DNA of 8,544 bases from the NCBI GenBank assembly GCA_018985225.1, contig JADGIF010000442.1, positions 1 to 8,544 on the forward strand, written 5' to 3'. This DNA is from Amoeboradix gromovi X-113 (Eukaryota > Fungi > Sanchytriomycota). The notes beneath the pieces are model-generated. The model worked only from the letters and a program-made list of their open reading frames with translations. It ran no database searches and was not told the DNA's origin. Shown here piece by piece: positions 1 to 7,350 of the stretch. How positions within the stretch are numbered: the first letter of the stretch is position 1; the number at the start of each line of letters is the position of its first letter. Position numbers and translations under genes: made by a program.

Positions 1-645
1 TTTCAAATAAAATATCACTGTTACACTTCAAAGAAATAGATAAGAGTAATGATGTTAGTATAAAATTACAAAATGACTCTAGAAAAGAGTACCGTCTAAG
101 AAAATGCACCTTTTGCTTAGAAGCTCAAAGACCTCATATATTTGAATGAGATGCATGGTCCTCTAGTTTTATTTTGAAAAGAGGAATACAATAAATGAAA
201 GAAAATTGGTATAATAGAAGATCTTTTATTAATGATAGCATTTCTCCGTATGGTGCAGCACCTTTAAAAACGAGTTAGTCTAGTTTTTATATTTGGTGTC
301 CCGAATAGAAATTAGTTGAATATTAATTTTAAATCATGGCAAGCATCGAGGTAATTGATTGGACAAGTTTGATTGGAAAGAGAGATTACAAATGGGTTGA
401 GTTGTAAATTACAGATATGCAGCCTAATTTCTCATTTCCGGAAAAAGCTAAGTTTGACTTTCCAATTGAATTCAAGTCCTCATCATTGTCTGAGAAATCT
501 AGTCAGACTTTTAGGGTGCAAAGATCGGTAGGATGTGGTGAGAAATACTCTAGTAGTATTGTAGAACAGGAATCAAAAAGAAGGTTAGAAGAAGAATACG
601 TAATAGTGAGCGGGCCATACGACGAAAGTAATTAATAAACAATAT

Positions 646-1725
646 TTACTCATCCAGCATTATTTGAATTCTCTCTGATAATTTGCCAATCCCAGACCAT
701 CGCTTTTTCTCCATGTTAACTAGAGCGCCAATTCCTAGGAGTGTGTTCTCAACTGCAAAATGATCTTGCATTAGTGAGATGGGTAAAAGCTTATACCAGC
801 AGCACCAAAGCAAGAATATCTCCAAAAGAAACAAGCTTGTTTTCTCTTGCGGACTTTGGATCTTCAAGGACAGGTATAAAGATAAAATATTAGGGATATA
901 TTTGTCAAGATTCTCAATCAATCTAAACTCTAAAATATTCATCATAAAACCTAATATCAATGGCATTTCCAGTGGATTATTACAAAGCAGTCGGTTGAAG
1001 ACAAACTCAGTTTTTAAAGTTTTTAGCAATTCCGATACTGCACACTCATTGCCACTTATTATGTTAATTAAACTTTTGATAGCATCCAAAAACTGTGAAG
1101 TTTGTAGCATTAAAATCAATTTAGACATTAAAACAGAATTACTTGAAAACATAAGCTGGTTCTGCATGCACTCCAGTGTGCAAAGCTCTACAACATTTAG
1201 AGCGCTGCCTTGATATTTGTCCAAGTTATTAAGCACAAAAAATTCAATATTACACTTTGCAAGCATAATTTGGCAAAATTTGAGCATGGAGAGACTTGGA
1301 AGAGCGCAAAGACGAATTATAAAAGCAAGTAAAAGTTCATCAAGGCGTCTAGGCATATTGTGGTCTTTGGTCAATGAAAAAGCCACAGTTGAATTAAACT
1401 CATTGCAATTAGAGTTGATTAACCTTTTGATTCTTTCCCAAAAAGGTTTCTGCCTAACAAGATACTTTGACGAATCAGAATCACTGACAATAAAATTTAA
1501 AAAGATCAAGCAAAACTCGTCTAGCTCTCTGTTCATATTTGCAACTTGTAACAAAACCTGCTGAGACGCTGTATTTCCAGCATTCTTCTTAAATATTTCA
1601 ATCAAGGCCTGTGAACTAGAGAACTGTAGTGATTTAGATCTCATTTTCAGTCCATTTATCAAGTATCCTACTTGAGACGACATTTTTGTTTCAATGATTT
1701 CCCGCAGCATTATATTGTTAAACAT
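646..1725 (-). CDS. WAPL: WAPL-domain protein (cohesin release factor, Wpl1/Rad61 family), core helical domain only
   Basis: 359-aa ATG-TAA ORF, Leu-rich and helical. Four colinear blocks resemble the WAPL domain as I recall it: QVGYLINGLK (human DIEYLLSGLK), LNVVELCTLECMQNQ (LRVLESVTVHNPENQ), AIKSLINIISGNE (AIIGVLLNLTNDNE) and LGFMMNILEF (LGLLINLVEY). An in-frame TGA just upstream fixes the start unless an upstream exon exists. Confidence 0.75.
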   Translation of the reverse strand: MFNNIMLREIIETKMSSQVGYLINGLKMRSKSLQFSSSQALIEIFKKNAGNTASQQVLLQVANMNRELDEFCLIFLNFIVSDSDSSKYLVRQKPFWERIKRLINSNCNEFNSTVAFSLTKDHNMPRRLDELLLAFIIRLCALPSLSMLKFCQIMLAKCNIEFFVLNNLDKYQGSALNVVELCTLECMQNQLMFSSNSVLMSKLILMLQTSQFLDAIKSLINIISGNECAVSELLKTLKTEFVFNRLLCNNPLEMPLILGFMMNILEFRLIENLDKYIPNILSLYLSLKIQSPQEKTSLFLLEIFLLWCCWYKLLPISLMQDHFAVENTLLGIGALVNMEKKRWSGIGKLSERIQIMLDE

Positions 1726-1861
1726 TATTATTGGATCTCAAAATAATACCATGATTAATGAACTAGTCTGCGACTCTGAGGAGAGTGTAGAGATATGATT
1801 GGCTATTTTTTTAATATTTGTAAATAAATGAAGTCAGGGGTCGAAACCCAAAAAGTTGCCG
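1726..1861. promoter_or_regulatory. Compact bidirectional promoter between the divergent WAPL and SAP genes
   Basis: 136-bp gap between divergent ATGs. It contains ATTGG (CCAAT on -) at 1730-1734 and 1798-1802, and a T-rich tract near 1807-1812. Confidence 0.5.
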
Positions 1862-2440
1862 ATGTTGCCAGAAGATTCATATCGTTCCAGTCCTACTTGG
1901 GAATATCCAAATCACTCTGACAACAGAAATAAACTGCGAGTAGATACGTCATTCGTTCCGGTCTACTCAAATTATCAGGAGCCGAATAGCGCTGATCCGT
2001 ACGTCAGCACTTTTCAACAGCAGCAATCTTCTATGACCTACGATGCTCCAATGAGTGCACCGCCGGTAGATATTCATTTTGACTACTATAACTTTTACCA
2101 GCAATCTTACCCGCTCGAGTCTCCACATATCATGCATTCGCAATCACCACAAATGCATACGTCAAATATTCATTCGCCACAAATTACTCCTTCTTCGCCC
2201 ATGCTCAGTCCTCAACATTCACTGGATTACAGATCACCACAGATACCAATTCCAGCGCAAAAGAAGCTATCTAAACAACAGCAGGTGCAAATGATTTTAG
2301 AGAAGATCAATTTCGAAGACATTACTGTTTCTGAACTTAAAGATATTTTGAGGACCTGTGGATTGTCCGCCACCGGCAAGAAACATATTTTAGTGGACAG
2401 GGTGAAATCGCAACGTCGTAAGGTTCTGGGTGATGAATAG
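1862..2440 (+). CDS. SAP-domain protein with Pro/Ser/Gln-rich disordered N-terminus (putative chromatin or transcription regulator)
   Basis: C-terminal ITVSELKDILRTCGLSATGKKHILVDRV fits the SAP consensus (LxVxELKxxLxxxGLxxxGxKxxLVxRL). The first in-frame ATG is 1862, whereas the track start at 1856 is TTG. 192 aa, ends TAG. Confidence 0.85.
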   Translation: MLPEDSYRSSPTWEYPNHSDNRNKLRVDTSFVPVYSNYQEPNSADPYVSTFQQQQSSMTYDAPMSAPPVDIHFDYYNFYQQSYPLESPHIMHSQSPQMHTSNIHSPQITPSSPMLSPQHSLDYRSPQIPIPAQKKLSKQQQVQMILEKINFEDITVSELKDILRTCGLSATGKKHILVDRVKSQRRKVLGDE

Positions 2441-2450
2441 AATGAGATGT

Positions 2451-2465
2451 ATAAATAAATAAATA
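2451..2465 (+). terminator. Overlapping AATAAA-type polyadenylation signals, (ATAA)n
   Basis: ATAAATAAATAAATA lies 10 nt after the SAP stop. A similar AAAATAAATAAAA follows GDE1 at about 5674-5686. Confidence 0.45.
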
Positions 2466-2858
2466 TTTTATGATCTTAAATTGTCTATTTCGTAGAAGAC
2501 TGGCTCTACATAGAATCATAAAATACAAAAGTAGTGAGAGAGTGATAGAAAATATTTTACTATGGTAATGGCAGTAATAAGCACAACACAGGAGCCGCAG
2601 AGTATCCAAAAAGAGGCTGCGCGATGCATTTCGTAGAAAAACTATGCTTTAACTTATCCTGCGCCTAGAACGTCGAAAGATTGCTCGACCCCACATTGGA
2701 GTGAATGACCTAACTAGCAAGCAAAGATGAATGGTAATGACGGGCCGTAGCCTAGAGTATAGGTGATAAACATTGGACAGACTATGTTTGTTATTTTGAA
2801 GGTGTATACTTTCTGTGGACTTTGTACCATTTGGGGCAAAACACTATTTTAATTTCAA

Positions 2859-3161
2859 ATGTTTGTTAATAGTACACTTTACAAAAAGATGAAATGGACC
2901 AAAATTAAGACGTTTAGTAGATTGCACAAAGGAGCTCTGGTTAAAAAGGACGATGATATCATAGACTCTTCAAAGTTAATATCCAAATTCATCAAAGGAA
3001 GCGGTCCTGGTGGTCAGTGTGTAAACAAAAGCAGCAATTGTGTTCAACTTATATATGGCGACATTCAAGTAAAATGTCATTCAACAAGATCAAAAGATTC
3101 AAATTTAATTATTGCTAAACAGTTATTACGGGAAAAGTTACAAGCGAAGGAAAAACAATGA
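2859..3161 (+). CDS. MTRFR: Mitochondrial ribosome-rescue peptidyl-tRNA hydrolase, C12orf65/MTRFR (yeast Rso55) type GGQ protein
   Basis: FIKGSGPGGQCVNKSSNCVQL...VKCHSTRSKDSNLIIAKQLLREKL matches the C12orf65 pattern (GPGGQ, NKTSNCV, VKCHQTRSxxxN). The basic N-terminus lacks acidic residues, consistent with a mitochondrial presequence. 100 aa. Confidence 0.88.
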   Translation: MFVNSTLYKKMKWTKIKTFSRLHKGALVKKDDDIIDSSKLISKFIKGSGPGGQCVNKSSNCVQLIYGDIQVKCHSTRSKDSNLIIAKQLLREKLQAKEKQ

Positions 3162-3208
3162 GCAAAAATCAGTAAATTTATTTCATAACAGTAAATGACA
3201 TGACTTCA

Positions 3209-3229
3209 CACGTGCGATTGTTTTTATAA
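3209..3229 (+). promoter_or_regulatory. E-box CACGTG (Pho4/Nuc-1-type site) plus TATA-like element upstream of GDE1
   Basis: CACGTGC at 3209-3215 and TATAA at 3225-3229, within the 103-bp gap before the GDE1 ATG at 3265. Confidence 0.6.
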
Positions 3230-3264
3230 CTTTCAATCGTCTTAGAGTTGACTTGGGGTTTGAT

Positions 3265-5658
3265 ATGAAATTTGGAAAAGCGTATTTATTAAGAATACCA
3301 ACCGAATTTGAACACTTTGCCCTAGATTATGATGAATTAAAAGCTATTTTAAAAACTAGTCCAGTTAAAGCGCTTGATGACTTGCAGTCTCAGATTAATC
3401 GAGTTGATGAGTTTATTACAGAACAACTTCAGGTATATCCTAGTATATGTGATCAAGACTACCAAAAGAACTTCAAACTGTTTATTTGCTTAACTCGTCA
3501 GGCTATATCTAAAATGTTATATAAAATTGATAATGAGGCCACCATTAAACTAAAACAGTATATTCGTACAATTAAGTGGTTCCGCTCCTTGTCATTCAAC
3601 AGCAACCCTTTGTCTTTGCATGATTTCTGGCAATCCAATTCCAATGATGCCAATGATCGTACAATTTACCATTATATGGCTATTTCTAACAATATAATTC
3701 CTGTTAATGAAAATTGGTACTCTCTAGATAGATTAACTCATTCTCCCCTATTTTATTCCATCTTGTATGATAACTTTGAACCGTTTAATTTGTTTTTGCA
3801 AAACTCTTTTGCTATTCCAAATGACTGTTGGCACTGTCTAATCAAGCATGGCCGTATTAGGATGTTGGAATACATATTGGGTCATAGCGATCTGTCCTAT
3901 CTTGATGATTTGTTACATTTATGCTGTTTGTATGATCAACCGAAATGTATAGAACTGTTTTTAAAGAACAACCTCAATCCCAATTCTATCTGCAATTCAT
4001 ACTCACCTCTCATTATAGCTGCAAAAGAAAACAGTGTTGAATGCGTTCAAGTATTGTTAAATAACAATGCAAATACCCATTTAAGAGGTCCTTTTAATTG
4101 GACCGCCTTAGAACATGCTGCGTATTTAGGACACATTGAGATATGTCGTCTACTAACAGAATGTATAAGTGTTAGTCCTGATGTTAACACGCCGGACAGT
4201 GACATTGAATTAGAAGAACTGATGTTGAATAGTAGTTTTAAGCCGTTCAATCCAAATTATCCATCAGCCATTAATCTGCCAAGCAATATTGTACTTGCAA
4301 AAAACCCCAAAGCAAGCACCATTCAAGTGATCATTGGAACTGTGGATCATGCTGATACAAGCAATCCAATTAGTTATCTTAACAACGCAACTCTTGACTT
4401 GGCATTAGAACTACAAATCAAAGTCAAGGACCAAGTGGAGCTGGTTGCATTGCCCATACAGGACAAACATACCATAGATCCTTTGTCATTTACATCGTTA
4501 GAACCATTAAACGAATTTATTGAATTTAAAGTATTTAGTGATGTTTGCATTGGTGTAGGTGCTCTGTTTATATCTTCTTTGATAGTTAATAAGCATGTAG
4601 TATATAACGCACCTCGCATGACCACTCAAATATCATTAATCCACGAAAATAAAGTTGTTGGATTATTAACTGTTCAAATTGTAATTATTCATCCATTTAT
4701 TAACTCAACTGCCTATGACAATGTCGCTCCGCCTGTACAGGGAAAATTCAAGATAATTGGACATCGTGGCAATGGTGCAGACAAGGCAAGAAAGGGTTTA
4801 CATGTTCAAGAGAACAGCATTTTATCGATGCAAACAGCTGCTAATCTGGGTGCCGAATATATAGAGTTTGATGTACAGGTTACCAAAGACTTAGTACCTG
4901 TTATTTATCATGATTTTATAGTAAAAGAGACTGGAGTAACAATTCCTGTAAACGGACTAACATCGACCGAATTTCAGAATCTAAACAAGGATATCAAGGG
5001 GTACGACAGTGACGATACTACAAGTAAGAGTGAAGTGGAATTACAACAATACACTGGCAAGCGAAGACAGAAAATTAAAACCAAAATATTAGATACCGTG
5101 ATAAAAACTCCATTTGGAACATTACAAGATGCATTCAAGAAGGTTCCTAGTCATGTCGGGTTTAACATAGAGATCAAGTATCCGAACCATGACGAAGTGC
5201 TAGCAGAAGGAATATTTTGTACTGATTTGAACTCATTTATTGATGCAGTTTTGGAATGTGTGTATAAGCATTGCAAGCAAAGACCTATCTTTTTTTCTTC
5301 TTTCCATCCAGAGGTTTGTACAATGCTGACATTAAAACAATCAGATTTTCCAATTTTGTTTTTAACGGACTCTGGATTTGTACCTTTCCAAGATATGAGA
5401 CTTAATAGTTTACAAGCAGCAGTTAGGTTTGCAAAAAGTTTAGGACTGCTAGGAATAGTGACATTTAATGAACCGTTAATAATGGCGCCAAGATTGATTA
5501 AAGAAATTAAGTCTACAGGACTATTGCTATTTTCGTATGGTAAAAAGAACAATGAGGTACGATATAGCAAGATACAGACAAATCAAGGAATAGATGCACT
5601 GATAGTGGACAGCGTGTGTGCCACTAGAAATGGATTAAATTTGATTGGAACAATGTGA
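3265..5658 (+). CDS. GDE1: Glycerophosphocholine phosphodiesterase Gde1 (SPX - ankyrin repeats - GDPD)
   Basis: Starts with the SPX signature MKFGK at ATG 3265 (track start 3253 is TTG) followed by LDYDELK. Ankyrin repeats include SPLIIAAKENSVECVQVLL and WTALEHAAYLGHIEICRLL. GDPD motifs are IIGHRG, ENS, EFDVQVTKD, PVIYHD, NIEIKYP and FSSF. 797 aa. Confidence 0.95.
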   Translation: MKFGKAYLLRIPTEFEHFALDYDELKAILKTSPVKALDDLQSQINRVDEFITEQLQVYPSICDQDYQKNFKLFICLTRQAISKMLYKIDNEATIKLKQYIRTIKWFRSLSFNSNPLSLHDFWQSNSNDANDRTIYHYMAISNNIIPVNENWYSLDRLTHSPLFYSILYDNFEPFNLFLQNSFAIPNDCWHCLIKHGRIRMLEYILGHSDLSYLDDLLHLCCLYDQPKCIELFLKNNLNPNSICNSYSPLIIAAKENSVECVQVLLNNNANTHLRGPFNWTALEHAAYLGHIEICRLLTECISVSPDVNTPDSDIELEELMLNSSFKPFNPNYPSAINLPSNIVLAKNPKASTIQVIIGTVDHADTSNPISYLNNATLDLALELQIKVKDQVELVALPIQDKHTIDPLSFTSLEPLNEFIEFKVFSDVCIGVGALFISSLIVNKHVVYNAPRMTTQISLIHENKVVGLLTVQIVIIHPFINSTAYDNVAPPVQGKFKIIGHRGNGADKARKGLHVQENSILSMQTAANLGAEYIEFDVQVTKDLVPVIYHDFIVKETGVTIPVNGLTSTEFQNLNKDIKGYDSDDTTSKSEVELQQYTGKRRQKIKTKILDTVIKTPFGTLQDAFKKVPSHVGFNIEIKYPNHDEVLAEGIFCTDLNSFIDAVLECVYKHCKQRPIFFSSFHPEVCTMLTLKQSDFPILFLTDSGFVPFQDMRLNSLQAAVRFAKSLGLLGIVTFNEPLIMAPRLIKEIKSTGLLLFSYGKKNNEVRYSKIQTNQGIDALIVDSVCATRNGLNLIGTM

Positions 5659-5810
5659 AGCTATTTGAGCAACAAAATAAATAAAATGATTTAGTCCTTA
5701 ATTAATCTAGTTTATGACTCTACATGCTTATTGCTGGCTCATTCTAGAGACCTTGCGAATTCGGACAAAACATCGGACGGTACCGAATATCTCGGAGAAA
5801 AAGGATAAAA

Positions 5811-5822
5811 ATGAGCCATTGA
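5811..5822 (+). promoter_or_regulatory. Three-codon upstream ORF (Met-Ser-His-stop) before the Con7-like gene
   Basis: AAAA-ATG AGC CAT TGA is in frame with the main ATG at 5835 and ends 12 nt before it. Confidence 0.45.
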
Positions 5823-5834
5823 TATACGGAACGA

Positions 5835-6428
5835 ATGTCCCATTCACATAACCGATACGCGAAATACAATGACATAGTAGGTATTGAAGCGATATGTAGA
5901 GGTGTAGAGGGAGAAGCTTACGAGCCAAAAACTTCAAATGTGCAGAGAAATGGAATACTACAAAGTGGAGTATCCAGACACACTCTACCAATGGAAAACC
6001 AACAATTATCACTAGCAGCGCCCACAAACACTCAATATTTTGTGAATCCGACCACAGGGCCAAATAGTACTATCAATGAAAGTGCTAACAACATGAACTA
6101 CACTCCCGATGTACTATACTCAAGTTTTGCTCCAGCTAGTGCTTATTCAAACGAGGCGATGGATAGCTTAATACCACCTATTCAACCATTACCAATTCCT
6201 GTTCCCGTACCAATACAACAAGTTCTAACGCAAGATGTTATGCCGCAGAAATATAAGCACAGGACCGACTTTTCAAAAAGGCAGCGTAGAAAACACCGCG
6301 AGATGGAAAGAATTTACGATTGTGATTTTGACGGCTGCGACAAAGCTTACGAAAGTATTTCCCATCTAAATACTCACAGAGAAAAGAAAAACCACGGTGA
6401 GAAGAAGAGTATTTATGATTTTGAGTAA
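5835..6428 (+). CDS. Con7-like single C2H2 zinc-finger transcription factor
   Basis: KRQRRKHREMERIYDCDFDGCDKAYESISHLNTHREKKNHGEKKSIYDF is C-x4-C-x12-H-x5-H preceded by a basic stretch. It is colinear with fungal Con7 as recalled (KRPRRRYEEIERMYKCGWNGCEKAYGTLNHLNAHVTMQSHGxKRTPEEF). The N-terminus is low-complexity N/P/Q-rich. Confidence 0.8.
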   Translation: MSHSHNRYAKYNDIVGIEAICRGVEGEAYEPKTSNVQRNGILQSGVSRHTLPMENQQLSLAAPTNTQYFVNPTTGPNSTINESANNMNYTPDVLYSSFAPASAYSNEAMDSLIPPIQPLPIPVPVPIQQVLTQDVMPQKYKHRTDFSKRQRRKHREMERIYDCDFDGCDKAYESISHLNTHREKKNHGEKKSIYDFE

Positions 6429-6447
6429 AGATCGCGGTTTTATTATA

Positions 6448-7080
6448 TCAGCTACTTTGCAGCTCAAGCAGTATTTCACTTGTTAGGTTGCCATCTATTT
6501 TACTCTTTTTCAGCAAATCTACAACTAACACAGGTAAACTATCATATTTATAGAGTATCTTGTATGCTTTCAATCTGACTAGTTTTCTGTTATGAACTAA
6601 CAGTGGTAAAAGCCGATTTGTTAGTACGTCCCATTTTGTGATTTCAATGGTGCACAAATAAGTCAATGAATGAGCAATTAAAGTGGATTCCTTACTGGAA
6701 AGTGCGGTAAGCAATTGATCTTCGGTGAAGTTACACTCTAGTTCTATTTCTTGCTCAATCGGATGCGATTTCGATGGCTTATCCCAACTCGCTTTATATT
6801 TATTTTTTACATCGGCGATTGCTTTTTTGTCAAGAGACTCGTCTATTACATTGTTTTCTACATTGTTCTCTACATTTTCTTGCCTCAACTTACTAATCAA
6901 ACCTGGACCGACAGTAGATTTCAATTCCTCTTGCAGTTGCAAAATTTGATAATCTGTTAAGCCATTTAAATACGCAGTGGTATCATTGTGTATATTGTTG
7001 GCAAGTTCTTCATCCTCTACTATGTAGGATTTTTTGTATTCTCGTTCATTCAAAACTCTCTCCTCAGTTCTGTCAAACAT
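6448..7080 (-). CDS. RBA50: RNA polymerase II assembly factor Rba50/RPAP1-like protein, reduced
   Basis: IHNDTTAYLNGLTDYQILQLQEELKSTVGPGLISKLR fits RPAP1_N (IHxENxxxLxxMSxEEIxxExxELxxxLDPxLxxFL). FTEDQLLTALSSKESTLIAHSLTYL resembles a degenerate RPAP1_C (YTLxELxxLxRSxxxxQRxxALxxL). 210 aa, ends TGA. Confidence 0.65.
   Translation of the reverse strand: MFDRTEERVLNEREYKKSYIVEDEELANNIHNDTTAYLNGLTDYQILQLQEELKSTVGPGLISKLRQENVENNVENNVIDESLDKKAIADVKNKYKASWDKPSKSHPIEQEIELECNFTEDQLLTALSSKESTLIAHSLTYLCTIEITKWDVLTNRLLPLLVHNRKLVRLKAYKILYKYDSLPVLVVDLLKKSKIDGNLTSEILLELQSS
6847..6879. repeat. Short coding tandem repeat, 12-nt unit
   Basis: TACATTGTTTTC-TACATTGTTCTC-TACATTTTC encodes ENVENNVENNV in the linker of the Rba50-like ORF. 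Confidence 0.7.
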
Positions 7081-7350
7081 TTCAGGGAGAACTGTACATG
7101 AATCATAAAAATGAATGCAATTATGCTGCTATTTTCTGAGTATCGCAAGAAATTTAACTTTTAAGAGCTGGTCATTGTCTTCAGTTCCAAAAACTGTAAG
7201 TTAACACAGGTCTGCGTATCATTGGTGTATTGAATTTGTGAATAATATTCATTCTGATTTTTGTACCGCTTAGCCGAGCATCGAAGGCGTTACGTATTAT
7301 TTTTCTCTCAATTTTCGGAGCTTTGAAACAACAAATACCTTCGAGTTTTT

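Noticed and set aside
336-414. ATG at 336 plus a GTAATT...TACAG intron (351-414) as the start of the 417-635 ORF
   Set aside because: The 64-nt intron shifts out of the 417-635 frame and gives a short product with no recognisable features.
779-6960. Track ORFs 779-1213, 1217-1564, 2079-2294, 2337-2609, 4047-4250, 4374-4625, 5151-5570, 5728-6063, 6725-6949 and 6751-6960
   Set aside because: They are antisense or alternate-frame shadows of better supported genes, with no recognisable motifs.
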